Assembly: GCA_964612065.1 (NCBI GenBank)
Contig: CAZTCD010000002.1
Location: forward strand, 28,008-92,007
Origin: an uncultured Bdellovibrionales bacterium
Lineage (GTDB): Bacteria > Bdellovibrionota > UBA1018 > CAIPTA01
Direction of reading: 5' to 3'
DNA: 64,000 bases
Shown here: positions 1 through 9,198 of the stretch, piece after piece
How the letters are laid out: each line of letters starts with the position of its first letter
Position numbering within the stretch: the stretch's first letter is position 1
The notes under the pieces: generated by a model
Databases searched by the model: none
Told to the model about the DNA's origin: nothing
Seen by the model: only the letters and a program-made list of their open reading frames with translations
Position numbers and translations under genes: made by a program

Positions 1-524
1 GACTGCACTCCTTCGGAAACGGTATCGGGAGCGTCGCTCACCACGTAAAAGCCTTTGCTGGGAATGGTGGCGAGGCCATAGTTCCAGCGGAAGGTAACGG
101 TATCCGCGTCTTGCGCCTCCACCTTGAAGGTCTGGAGCAGGTTGCCGCTGGGAACCTCGTTGTAGATGGAGTTGTAGTTTTCCTCGAGCATGCCGAGCTC
201 GGATCCGTTGAACTCGAACTTCACAACTTTAGGCATCAGCACCGATCTCGTGGGAGCGTTTTCCCCGGAGGAAAGAGTCATGGCCATCAGGAAAGCTTTT
301 CCCAAGGAGGCTTTTTTCAGCTTGATCGAGCTGCCTTCGGTGCCCGTGAAATGGGTGCCGGGATTGGCGGGCTGCAAGCTCTCTTCGATATTCGCCGGAG
401 CTTTCTTCTGAGCGGGGAATTCTTTCTTCAGCACTCCGCCAGGGGGTTCTTTGTCGGAGGCGCAGGAAACCAGAAGAAGAGATAAGGTGTAAACAATCAG
501 AGCAGTGGATTTTTGGAATTTCAT
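1..524 (-). CDS. Lipoprotein, 5' partial (gene continues past the window start)
   Basis: Reverse-strand ATG at 524-522. Translation MKFQKSTALIVYTLSLLLVSC... has a lipobox LVSC and an open frame to position 1. Not in the ORF track because no stop lies in the window. Confidence 0.55.
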   Translation of the reverse strand, partial: MKFQKSTALIVYTLSLLLVSCASDKEPPGGVLKKEFPAQKKAPANIEESLQPANPGTHFTGTEGSSIKLKKASLGKAFLMAMTLSSGENAPTRSVLMPKVVKFEFNGSELGMLEENYNSIYNEVPSGNLLQTFKVEAQDADTVTFRWNYGLATIPSKGFYVVSDAPDTVSEGVQ

Positions 525-837
525 GCTCCCCCGATCGGTTGAAAGCCCGCGGTAAATAACAGAAATTGAGCGTGTAAGTGTAACAAGGCAGCTCACCTGT
601 ATAGCCGCTTTACACCCCCGGCTGACCAAATTCTGAGCAGTGGAGGCAGGATGGCGGCTTAAGGTGTGGAAACTTAAAGGATTAAATTCCCGTCCTGTAG
701 CCGCCTCAGGTGGCATCCCTCGTGCAATTCCCTGAGACGTCAGGCACTCAGCTCGTGCCGGCAAATGGCAAAAAGGCGGGCCTCCTTTGAGGCAGCGCTC
801 AGTGGAACTAAACGTGAATGCGGAAGGAACTTCAGCG

Positions 838-1227
838 ATGTCTGCTTACCTTGATAAGTCCCAGGGAATCACCTTCGTTTACTCGAACATCTTCGATCTC
901 TACAAAAAAGCCAAAGAATCCCGCCTCGACGCCCCCTTCGCCGTGGAAAGCCTGCGTGGCCCTGCCGCTTCGGGTGAGCCTGCCATGGGCCGCGTGATCA
1001 AGGCCGCCGATATGGCCAAAGAAGCTACCAAGCCTTTCCAGCCCGCCGAGCTGAAGAACGCGGAACGCACCTTTCCCGTTCCTATGGGTGTGCGCGAGGC
1101 GGAAGAAAAAGCCCGCCGCCTGAAGTCGGTGCAGGGCCTTCAAAAGAACCTCAATGATCTGAGCTCGGCGCACGAGAAGCTGCGTTTTCTGCTGCAGGAA
1201 CTCGAAACCCTCACGAAGAAAAAATAG
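838..1227 (+). CDS. Hypothetical protein (~129 aa), charged and helical
   Basis: ATG at 838 is preceded by GGAAGGAA. Third-codon positions are strongly C/G-biased like bona fide genes here. The track ORF 787-1227 was trimmed to the first RBS-supported ATG. Confidence 0.5.
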   Translation: MSAYLDKSQGITFVYSNIFDLYKKAKESRLDAPFAVESLRGPAASGEPAMGRVIKAADMAKEATKPFQPAELKNAERTFPVPMGVREAEEKARRLKSVQGLQKNLNDLSSAHEKLRFLLQELETLTKKK

Positions 1228-1252
1228 ACCGGGATTTCACGCGGCCTCCCGC

Positions 1253-1981
1253 TCAGGAAGGCTTAGTGCGCGGGGTGAAATCGGTTTTCGGCACCGTGAT
1301 CGTTACCACCCCGTCTTTGTAGTCGCGGCTGATCTTCCGGCTCTCGTAGGCGGCCGGAAGGGGGATCTGCTCCACGATGCTCTGGTAGGAGTTGGTCTTG
1401 GTTTCCTTTTTACTTTCCGGATTCACTGAGTTTTCCTGAAAGCGCCGGGCGAGGCTGAGTTTCAGGTATTGCCCTTCACCGGACACAAAGAGATTCTTCG
1501 CCTCATGGGGCGGCAGGGCCACTTTCACGGTGAACTCCTTTTCGCTCTCGCTGAACGCCGGGTTCAGCGTTTTGAGCTGGTAAAAGGGGTCCTGGGAGCG
1601 ATCGGTCACCTGCTTTATCTTGTCCATGGAAGATAGTTTTTTGGCCTCTATTGTATCCATGGCTTTCTGATCGGCGAGGCGGATTTCCTCGGAGGTGCGG
1701 GCCGCGAGGTCTTCGTAGTGCTTGTTGGTATTGTCACCGAGGAGCTTGACCCGATCGGTATTCATCTTTTTGATGCCTTCCATCTGGGCGTTGGCGGCAG
1801 CCGAAATCTCCACGAGCTCTTTGTCGCCTTTTTCGCGCTCGGCTTCCACAAGCTTGGCGCGTTCTTTCGCGGCCCGGCCGAGCTCGAGCTGAATGCGCTG
1901 CTCCTCGATCTCGGCGTCGCGTTTCTTTTTCGCCAGGTTGCGTGCCTGGGTTTCGTTCGCGGTGGATTTATCAACTTCCAT
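1253..1981 (-). CDS. Hsp20/alpha-crystallin-domain protein with ~130-aa N-terminal charged coiled-coil extension
   Basis: The C-terminal half matches the Hsp20 ACD pattern (EKEFTVKVALPP...GQYLKLSL...IPLPAAYESRKISRDYKDGVVTITVPK). The N-terminal half is K/E/R-rich heptad-like. Confidence 0.6.
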   Translation of the reverse strand: MEVDKSTANETQARNLAKKKRDAEIEEQRIQLELGRAAKERAKLVEAEREKGDKELVEISAAANAQMEGIKKMNTDRVKLLGDNTNKHYEDLAARTSEEIRLADQKAMDTIEAKKLSSMDKIKQVTDRSQDPFYQLKTLNPAFSESEKEFTVKVALPPHEAKNLFVSGEGQYLKLSLARRFQENSVNPESKKETKTNSYQSIVEQIPLPAAYESRKISRDYKDGVVTITVPKTDFTPRTKPS

Positions 1982-2008
1982 GGATCCTCCTGATCCGACG
2001 CAGGGGCT

Positions 2009-2410
2009 TTAGTGGCTGTAGCCTTGCCTTTCCTGTGCGGTGTTCTGCACGATATTGAAAAACACGCGGGCCACTTCGTCGTAAACTTCGGGCTCGAGGG
2101 TTTCGAGAAAGGCTTTCTTGCTGGCGATGCTCGGGCGCAGGATCATCTGCTCCAGCAGGGATTCGGCTTTTTCCACCATTTCGTTGCGGGTTTCGGGCTG
2201 GCCGATGCGCCATGCCACTCTGCGCAGGGTGCTTTCATCAAATAAAAGATGATTACCCAGAGCCGATTGCTCCAGGAGATACTTTACCTGGTCCAGTTGT
2301 TCCTGATTTACGTAGATCACGAGAAACCGCCTCCATTGCAGTTTTGCCGGAGCCAAATCCGTGGCTCCGCCCCTAAAATAAGTGTAGCGAAGATTTCCGT
2401 TATCCCGCAA
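2009..2410 (-). CDS. Hypothetical protein, start uncertain
   Basis: Track ORF of 133 aa, 40 bp divergent from 2451-3317. No recognisable motif. It may start at an internal Met (e.g. MVEKAESLL...). Confidence 0.35.
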   Translation of the reverse strand: MRDNGNLRYTYFRGGATDLAPAKLQWRRFLVIYVNQEQLDQVKYLLEQSALGNHLLFDESTLRRVAWRIGQPETRNEMVEKAESLLEQMILRPSIASKKAFLETLEPEVYDEVARVFFNIVQNTAQERQGYSH

Positions 2411-2450
2411 GCGCTCCGTGCTATCCTAATGCCAAGAGGGGGCCCCCTGA

Positions 2451-3317
2451 TTGTCGAAAAAGCGCTTTAAATACAGCGATTTCTGCCAGAGCTGCCGGCA
2501 TCCGCTGAATCCCGACGAGAAGATCGTGTACGTGGAAGAGAGCGCGAACCGGTATTTCTGTTCTGAAAAGTGCATCCGCGCCTATTACGATCCCATGGCC
2601 GAATACTACCGAAAATTGATGGTTTCGGTGCGTGATCCTCACGACGTTTCGGAAAGCGATTTCGGCGACTACGAAAGCTATGCTCCCCTTTGTCTTTCAA
2701 ACCCGGATGAGGTTTGGGTGGACAATACGGAGTTCGGCGAAACGATTTCCTATTATCTCGCCAACTTTACCAACGAGGGAGGCAAGTTCACCTATATCGT
2801 GGCCTGCTTTTGCCTCGAAGACGAGCCCACCTATATCCTTCTGAGCTTTCCCACCCGAGACAAAAAGCTGGCCGAGGAATTCCGGCGCGGTGAAAAGCTC
2901 GAGCTCAAGGATGACGACGACGAAGTTACTGAGCCTGAAGTGAGCCCGGTACTGGCGGAAGATTTCCTTGCGCGGCAGGGGAACGCCATCGAGGAAGAGA
3001 TGCTCCGGCACCGCGAGGAAAGCGATATCCCTCAGAAGGAGTTCGACGAATACCTTCACCTCGTGGATCAGACCATCGAAAGCCCGGATGAGGTTTGGGA
3101 GCTGCAGGACGAGGGAGACAATCCTCTTCTCACCCTGATCTCCCAGCACGAAGAGAACCTTCACTATGTGGTGATCTGCACCTTCGATAACAGCCAGGGC
3201 CAGGAAAGCTGGAGGGTGATTTACAGCTTTCCCACCCGGGATCCTGCCCTTGTGCAGAGGTACCGCAGGGGCCAGCTCCGGGAAGGTGGGGCGGGTAAGG
3301 GAAACTTCCTGCACTGA
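2451..3317 (+). CDS. TRASH/YHS-type metal-binding domain protein with two tandem copies of an unrecognised ~70-aa domain
   Basis: N-term CQSC-x19-YFCSEKC fits the YHS/TRASH signature (YYFCSxxC). Residues ~85-160 and ~200-275 are clear paralogous repeats (PDEVW...V(A/I)C...SFPTRD...(F/Y)RRG(E/Q)xLE). Confidence 0.6.
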   Translation: MSKKRFKYSDFCQSCRHPLNPDEKIVYVEESANRYFCSEKCIRAYYDPMAEYYRKLMVSVRDPHDVSESDFGDYESYAPLCLSNPDEVWVDNTEFGETISYYLANFTNEGGKFTYIVACFCLEDEPTYILLSFPTRDKKLAEEFRRGEKLELKDDDDEVTEPEVSPVLAEDFLARQGNAIEEEMLRHREESDIPQKEFDEYLHLVDQTIESPDEVWELQDEGDNPLLTLISQHEENLHYVVICTFDNSQGQESWRVIYSFPTRDPALVQRYRRGQLREGGAGKGNFLH

Positions 3318-3544
3318 AACGCCTGGGTGCTTTCTGCCCTGCCAACGTCTCTAAATTCCCCGCTCTATCTCTGAAACCCTCTCAAACTGCGTCATTTCCC
3401 TCCTGTGCCCGCGCCTGTGCATAGGCATTACATTTGCGAAAACCTCCCTGAAGAAGAGCTGAGTCGGGTGCGGCTGCTGCGGTTGTTTCACAAAAGCGGC
3501 GGCCGCACCTTTCAGGCCCCGGCCTGCTTCGAGGAGAGTGATCT

Positions 3545-4177
3545 ATGCGGTCTATTCTGGATGTGCTGAACATACTTCCTTCCGACGAGGAGCTGCTCAC
3601 GCGGAACCCTCAATTCAATCAGGTGACCGAGGGCATGGAGCTTAAGCCCCGGCTGCAGCAGGAGCTGGAGAGCACTCAATTCGCCACGTTCACCGACAAG
3701 GCGCAGCTGGAAGAGGTGGTACAGCACCTGGTGAAGGACGGTTTTCTCCATAGTGAGATCTATACTTTCGTGGCGAAGGGCGGGAGCTTGCTGGACCATC
3801 CCGGAAACCTGAAAGAGAGCAAGATGGGAGAAGGCCTCCTCTTCGGGGTGGCCATCGGTGTTGCGGCAGGAGCGATCTTCGGCTGGCTTACGGGCCTCGG
3901 CTTCAGTACCCCCTTTCTGACCGTGCCGATTCCGCGCTTTTTCAGCTTGGTGGTGGGGGCCGTGATCTGGGGGTTTATCGGCGGGATTTTCGGCACCCTG
4001 ATCGGGCGTAGTATCCCTGAATACAAAGAAAGCCGGTACGAAACGAACCTGCCTGATGGAACCATCCTGCTTGTGCTCAAGGTGTTCGAACCTGTGAGGG
4101 CCAGGTTGGCGCGCTCGATCCTGCATGCTCACGGAGCAAAACTAGTGAAGCCGGAAGAAATCCGGAAGGCTGCTTAG
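3545..4177 (+). CDS. YflT/GsiB-like general stress domain protein with two central TM helices
   Basis: N-term TQFATFTDKAQLEEVVQHLVKDGFLHSEIYTFVAKG resembles the general stress protein 17M (YflT) fold. Gly-rich hydrophobic helices follow (GLLFGVAIGVAAGAIFGWLTGLGF / SLVVGAVIWGFIGGIFGTLIG). Confidence 0.5.
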   Translation: MRSILDVLNILPSDEELLTRNPQFNQVTEGMELKPRLQQELESTQFATFTDKAQLEEVVQHLVKDGFLHSEIYTFVAKGGSLLDHPGNLKESKMGEGLLFGVAIGVAAGAIFGWLTGLGFSTPFLTVPIPRFFSLVVGAVIWGFIGGIFGTLIGRSIPEYKESRYETNLPDGTILLVLKVFEPVRARLARSILHAHGAKLVKPEEIRKAA

Positions 4178-4449
4178 GCTTTGGGGGAAACGGGGGCTTC
4201 CGAGGCCTGGGCTTCCACGCGCTCCGCGGGAGGGGCTTCCGACGCCGGCTTGGGGGCAGCGGCTTTGTTCGAGGAAGAGGCAATTTGCTGAGAGGGGGAA
4301 GCGTTGTCCTGGTGGGTTCCGCCCATGGCGTCTTTGAAGTTTTTCAGGGTGCGGCCGATGCTGTGGCCGAGATCCGGAAGGCGCTTGGGTCCGAAGATCA
4401 GAAGGATCACCAGCAAAACTAAGAGATGTTCGCCCGAAAAACCAAACAT
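4174..4449 (-). CDS. tatA: Twin-arginine translocase subunit TatA/E
   Basis: MFGFSGEHLLVLLVILLIFGPKRLPDLGHSIGRTLKNFKDA is the canonical TatA TM plus amphipathic-helix motif (FGPKRLP). It has an A/P-rich tail. Confidence 0.85.
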   Translation of the reverse strand: MFGFSGEHLLVLLVILLIFGPKRLPDLGHSIGRTLKNFKDAMGGTHQDNASPSQQIASSSNKAAAPKPASEAPPAERVEAQASEAPVSPKA

Positions 4450-4525
4450 AAGTACCTCGTGAGCCCTTTATAACGCGGGAGCCGGGAAGAGGCAAATCAG
4501 GAGAAGCGGCGCGAAATTCCGGAGT

Positions 4526-5029
4526 CTATTGGTTCATCACTGCGATCGCTCTGGGAGGAGCGTAGTTGGAAGCGTAATTCAGGAAGGCCTTATAGGCGTT
4601 CAAATCGCTTTCCGCCAGAATCACGATGCTGCCGAACTGGGCGGCGGAGGCGTCAAGAGTGAAGGTCATCGCGTCGGTGGGGGAAAAGCAGGTTTCAGGA
4701 AAGGCGTAGTCGCTCATTGGCACCAGGCAGAAGCGTCCGTTTTGGGGGAAGTTCATGCCCACCTTGAGCTGCACCATCGGGTACGAAGAGTCCACTTTGC
4801 AGATGCTCGAGCCCGAGAAGCTCGCGGCGAATGAGGCGTTGCCGCCATCGATCACCGTGAACTGCTTGCAATAGAGAAGGCCGAGGGGCGACTGGGCTCC
4901 GGCTTTGATGGGATTTACCGTAACCGAGGATTTCTTCGAGCGAAACGGGTTTCCGTCGTTGGTGTTGCCGCAGGCACTGAGAACGGCCAGGCATACAAGA
5001 GCGATGAAAAAAGAAGCTGGAAAACGCAC
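4526..5029 (-). CDS. Lipoprotein, hypothetical
   Basis: Signal peptide ...FFIALVCLAVLSAC with lipobox LSAC. A GTG start at 5029 has AGAGG 9 nt upstream. The track ORF (to 5149) lacks a signal peptide at its ATG, so the start was moved. Confidence 0.5.
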   Translation of the reverse strand: MRFPASFFIALVCLAVLSACGNTNDGNPFRSKKSSVTVNPIKAGAQSPLGLLYCKQFTVIDGGNASFAASFSGSSICKVDSSYPMVQLKVGMNFPQNGRFCLVPMSDYAFPETCFSPTDAMTFTLDASAAQFGSIVILAESDLNAYKAFLNYASNYAPPRAIAVMNQ

Positions 5030-5340
5030 GCAACAACCTCTGAGAGTAAAAGGGGTGACAGCCGCGTAAGAGGGGAGAGCGAGCGTAGGGGAGAGCGGGA
5101 GAAGGGGCTCGCGGCTGTCTGCCTGGAGACATCTCAAGTTCGATGCCAAAGCGGGGATTCGAAAATCTCTCGTGATTCAAGGGCTTCGCTCCTGAGTGGC
5201 AGCCTGTTCAATCTTTGGATGGTTTACAGCTGTACAAAGTTTTTACAGCAGCTGATTTCTGCTCTCTGCGGGAGAGGGCAAACGCCCGCCATTCTTGAGA
5301 TTTCGGGCTAGGAGGTCGATAAGCCTTCTTGAGGGGCTTG

Positions 5341-6801
5341 ATGGGCAATACGGAGAATATCTGGGACACATTCTGGGCGATCGCGGCCGCCATAAGCGGC
5401 CTGGGACTGCCTGGAGCGATCGTATTGCTCCTCGTATGCTATCTTGTGGTGTTTCTCCGCTGGATCTGCCGCGACTCCTCTCTGGCGGAGGCCTTGCGAG
5501 CCACGCAGCCCGGGCGGCGTTTGTGGGTGAAGGTGATCCTCGGCACCGGAGTTGCGCTCTTTGTGCTGGTGCTCCCGCTTTGCTCATTGGATCTCGTGGC
5601 CTATGGGCTGCTCGTGGCTTCCGTGGTGTGCGTGGTTTCCGCATTCTCCCGGAGCTTGCGTGAATCCACCCGCCTTTCGCAATGGCCCTTCTGGATGGTT
5701 GCCGCCATAGCAACCTGTGTTTTCGATTTCGTGATCTGGGCCTATTGTGCCTCGGGTGCCAGTGCGGGTGGCCTGGAAAGTTTCTTCCCGTTCATGGAGC
5801 TCGTTCTCTTTGGAGGGGCCTATTATTTCTACCAGTGCCTTCCGGAGCCCACCAAAGACCATCCCCGCAAAGTGGCTCTACGCCTTGTATTCTGCATCAT
5901 TGCGTTGGTGATGGTGGATCACTCCTCGGCCCAAATCAGTTATTTCCTCTCCGTGAGAGCGGGCAATTTCGCGGAGGCCGACCGGATCCGCGTGGAAAAT
6001 CCTTATTTCCCGGTGAGCGTGGCCATGCAGGAAATTCTGGAGCGCTCTCCTCCCAAGGTGATTCCGCCGGACGAAAGGAAAGCCACGAGGGCCAGAGTGG
6101 TTTTTGAGCAGGATCTGGCGCGGATCATCGCATTCTTCCTGGGTTTGGCCGGCTTCAATTCCATCGTTGCCGTTACTTCGAGGCAGTTCGGGCTGAACAG
6201 CGCCAAGAGGATTCCTTCGGTGGCAGGAAACGGCGGGCTGGCCGAGATGCCCGAGCTGCCGGAAACCGTGCGACAATCGATTTTCTTTCCCAATAGGCGA
6301 TATCGCCGTGGCCATAGCACTTTGCTCTTTTCGCTGGCGCTGGCGGGAAATCTTTTCGTGAGTTTTTTGACCGTTTTCTCCACCTCCAAAGGAAATATCG
6401 GCCACTTCCTGCTCTCGTTCCTCGCCTATTCCGGCATGCTTTTTCCTCCACTCGCGCTTGGCCTGAAGAATGGATTCCGCCTCTCCGCTTACCGGGCGCG
6501 GAGTTCGTTGCGTGCCGTGCAAGTGCTGCTGCACACCAGAGGATATAAACCGGTAGACGTGACGGTTCTGCGGCCCACGCTCTTGCAGCGCCTGCAGCAC
6601 CGGATCACCGGTTCCTGGGTCCGTCATGCGGAGGACAAAAAAGGCCGGCGCTATAGCGTGATGTTCGGTTCCTGCCCCAGGGGCGAATTCCCTGCGCATC
6701 TCTACCAGCTTCGCTCCGGACCTTTGAACGAATCTCTAACAGGGCGGCAAGCCTATGTAGCTATCCCCCGCCATGATTTGCCGGCGAAGGAATCGGCCTG
6801 A
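5341..6801 (+). CDS. Large polytopic membrane protein of unknown function (~486 aa)
   Basis: ATG at 5341 with GAGGGG 7 nt upstream (the track start 5329 is a TTG). It has about 6 N-terminal TM helices plus further hydrophobic segments. No family recognised. Confidence 0.5.
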   Translation: MGNTENIWDTFWAIAAAISGLGLPGAIVLLLVCYLVVFLRWICRDSSLAEALRATQPGRRLWVKVILGTGVALFVLVLPLCSLDLVAYGLLVASVVCVVSAFSRSLRESTRLSQWPFWMVAAIATCVFDFVIWAYCASGASAGGLESFFPFMELVLFGGAYYFYQCLPEPTKDHPRKVALRLVFCIIALVMVDHSSAQISYFLSVRAGNFAEADRIRVENPYFPVSVAMQEILERSPPKVIPPDERKATRARVVFEQDLARIIAFFLGLAGFNSIVAVTSRQFGLNSAKRIPSVAGNGGLAEMPELPETVRQSIFFPNRRYRRGHSTLLFSLALAGNLFVSFLTVFSTSKGNIGHFLLSFLAYSGMLFPPLALGLKNGFRLSAYRARSSLRAVQVLLHTRGYKPVDVTVLRPTLLQRLQHRITGSWVRHAEDKKGRRYSVMFGSCPRGEFPAHLYQLRSGPLNESLTGRQAYVAIPRHDLPAKESA

Positions 6802-6806
6802 GCGCC

Positions 6807-8384
6807 TTAAGCTCTTAGCCCCTTCAGGGCCAGCACCGCAAGCGCCGCCGCCACCAGAAGCATCAGCCAGGCGAACCATTCCCCGAAGCGGGTGTAAAGC
6901 GTGGTTTCCTGCTCTCGCGGTAGCGGCACTTCCACGATCTCATAGGCTTCCTGGTAAGGGGCGCTGATCAGGCTGGCTTCGCCCGAGGCTTTCACGAAAC
7001 CGGAGAGGCCTGTGTTCGTGGCCCGCACCATAGGAATCCTATGCTCAATGCTTCGCAAGGCCGAAAGCTGGAAATGTTGCCAGGGCTCGAAAGTGTCGCC
7101 GAACCAGGAATCCTTGGTCACGTTCACGAACAGGCGGGTGCCGGCCAGGGCATAGCCGCGCATATACTCCGGGAGGATTGCCTCGTAGCAGATGTTCACT
7201 CCGAGCGAAAGGCTGCCGCCTTTCCAGGGAAGGGAAAGTGGCACCGGTCCCGGTCCGCGGCCAAAATCGCCCATCATCGGATTGATTTCTTTGAGCGAGG
7301 GAAACCAGCTGTCGCCGGGAAAATACTCGCCGAAGATCAGCAGCACCTGCTTTTTGTAGCTGCTGATCCACTCCCCGGAGGAGGAAAGCAGGATGGCGCT
7401 GTTGTAGTCCTTGCCGAGATCGTTTTCGTAGCCGCCGAAAAGAAGGGGCACGCCGGTGCCGGCCACCGTGCGGCTCACTAGATTCGCATATCCGTAAGCG
7501 AAAGAAGAGTTCTTGCCGCCCGTGGAAGAAAGGGAAAAAGCCATGGGGTAAGCGGTTTCGGCCCAAAGGAGAAGGTCGGGCTTTTGCGCGGCGAGCTCTT
7601 CCGTTTTCTGCAGCAAGCGCGTGAGCAGAATCCCGACCACTTCCCGGCCAGGCATTCGGGCGAACTGTTTTTCGGCGTCGTCCATATTGTGCTGGATCAG
7701 GCCCACGCGCAGGGGTTCGGTGGGCAGGCGGTCTACCCGCAATCGCTCCTGATGGCCCCAGATCCAAAGGCCCACCAGGAGCATCAGGGAGGCGGCCAGC
7801 GAGGGAGCGGCTTTGGCGCCGTTCTTCCGGAGGTAGTAAACCGAGCCACCCACCCAAAGAGGGAGGAAGGTAAGCAGGCTCACGCCTCCGATCGCCGCAC
7901 TTTGAGCCAGCGAAAGGAAATGGATCAGGGTGTTCCCGAGGTGTTCGGGAAAGATCTTAAGAAAGCGCGCCAGGTATTCGAGGCCTGTATAAAGCGCAGC
8001 CCAGAAGAGCGGGCGCATCGCCACGGGGAGGCGTTCCACCGGCAGGCGAAGCCAATGGCCCAGCACCATAAAACCCAGCATCTGCGGGGCCGCCACGATA
8101 CAGAAAAGCAGAAGCAGGCCAATCGCCATCGGCAGAGGCATGCCTCCAAAGTTCTGGGCCACATAAACAATCCAGTGAAATCCGCCCCAGGCCACGAGAG
8201 CGGAAAGCAGAAAGCCGAGCTTTACTGCCTGCTTTTTTCTTTCGATGGCGTGCAAGGAAAACAAAAGAAAGGGCATTACCAGAAGGGAAAAGGCCGGCTG
8301 GTCGAAGCGCGGGAAGCAAAGTACGTAGGAAAGCCCGGCGAGGATTGCCCATTGGGTAGCCTTGTGTGGTAACCTTGGTTTCAT
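6807..8384 (-). CDS. lnt: Apolipoprotein N-acyltransferase
   Basis: N-terminal multi-TM region followed by a CN-hydrolase domain (VNICYEAILPEY, nitrilase-family Cys). Length 525 aa is typical of Lnt. Confidence 0.85.
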   Translation of the reverse strand: MKPRLPHKATQWAILAGLSYVLCFPRFDQPAFSLLVMPFLLFSLHAIERKKQAVKLGFLLSALVAWGGFHWIVYVAQNFGGMPLPMAIGLLLLFCIVAAPQMLGFMVLGHWLRLPVERLPVAMRPLFWAALYTGLEYLARFLKIFPEHLGNTLIHFLSLAQSAAIGGVSLLTFLPLWVGGSVYYLRKNGAKAAPSLAASLMLLVGLWIWGHQERLRVDRLPTEPLRVGLIQHNMDDAEKQFARMPGREVVGILLTRLLQKTEELAAQKPDLLLWAETAYPMAFSLSSTGGKNSSFAYGYANLVSRTVAGTGVPLLFGGYENDLGKDYNSAILLSSSGEWISSYKKQVLLIFGEYFPGDSWFPSLKEINPMMGDFGRGPGPVPLSLPWKGGSLSLGVNICYEAILPEYMRGYALAGTRLFVNVTKDSWFGDTFEPWQHFQLSALRSIEHRIPMVRATNTGLSGFVKASGEASLISAPYQEAYEIVEVPLPREQETTLYTRFGEWFAWLMLLVAAALAVLALKGLRA

Positions 8385-9093
8385 GGAAGTTCATGGTACC
8401 GGTCCAAAGGAAGGAACGGAAGCTCCCCGACAACAGTCTGAAACTGCCCCTGCGCGTTCAGACGGGCGCAGGGAAATCAGCTGTTCCGATTGCGGGCATA
8501 TTTATCTTATCGCGGAGAGCCAACCGAGCGCTCACTGCCGCAAATGCGGAAATATCGAATTCGTTCCGTTGAGAGCGGCGGCCAAGCAGGAAGGCATGGG
8601 CCTTCTCACCAAAAAAATCCTGGCCCGGCGGATCTTGCCGCCAGCCGAGGAGGCCAAGCCGAACCCTCTGGACGCCTTCGAAGGCACTCCCGATGGAGCT
8701 GCCGTGGAAGAGATCCGGATGCGCTACCAAGTGGAATGGCAGCTCTGGGCGGCGCTGGTGAGGCGCTTTAACGATCACACCTATCATATGGCCTATGTGT
8801 GTCAGTGCGCGTCCTTGCACGAGCTTGATAAAGCCGCCGCCCGATACCGGGAGCACCGGAATGTGATGGCAGTATCCCAGGAAACCCGCTGGCAGGCCGA
8901 GGTTTCGGAGCTGATGCTGGCCAGGATCGAAAGTATCGCGGCGATGAGAATGTCCTCCGACCATGGCACCTGGTGGACGGAGCTGCTGTCTCGCGTTTAC
9001 CTGATGCGTACCGAAATCAAGGCGCTCGGGATCGGATGGGTGGTTCTGGGGATGGTTCTGGGGTTCAAGGTGATCGGGGCTTTGGTGCGGTAG
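8383..9093 (+). CDS. Zinc-ribbon protein with C-terminal TM anchor, hypothetical
   Basis: CSDCGH-x15-CRKCG zinc ribbon. C-terminal hydrophobic helix (LGIGWVVLGMVLGFKVIGALV). Good C/G3 codon bias in the distal half. The only in-frame start upstream of the ribbon is ATG 8383, which overlaps the lnt start codon. Confidence 0.45.
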   Translation: MEVHGTGPKEGTEAPRQQSETAPARSDGRREISCSDCGHIYLIAESQPSAHCRKCGNIEFVPLRAAAKQEGMGLLTKKILARRILPPAEEAKPNPLDAFEGTPDGAAVEEIRMRYQVEWQLWAALVRRFNDHTYHMAYVCQCASLHELDKAAARYREHRNVMAVSQETRWQAEVSELMLARIESIAAMRMSSDHGTWWTELLSRVYLMRTEIKALGIGWVVLGMVLGFKVIGALVR

Positions 9094-9198
9094 GAATCGG
9101 CCCGCGTCTCGCTTCAAGGATGAACCGTCCAGGTTCCTTCTCTGTTCTGAAGCTCCGTAAGCGAGAGCGGGGCTGAATCGAAAAATCTATACCGGCAG

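Noticed and set aside
111-485. 124-aa plus-strand ORF at the window start
   Set aside because: It lies antisense within the better-supported partial lipoprotein gene (1-524, minus strand) and has no RBS or features.
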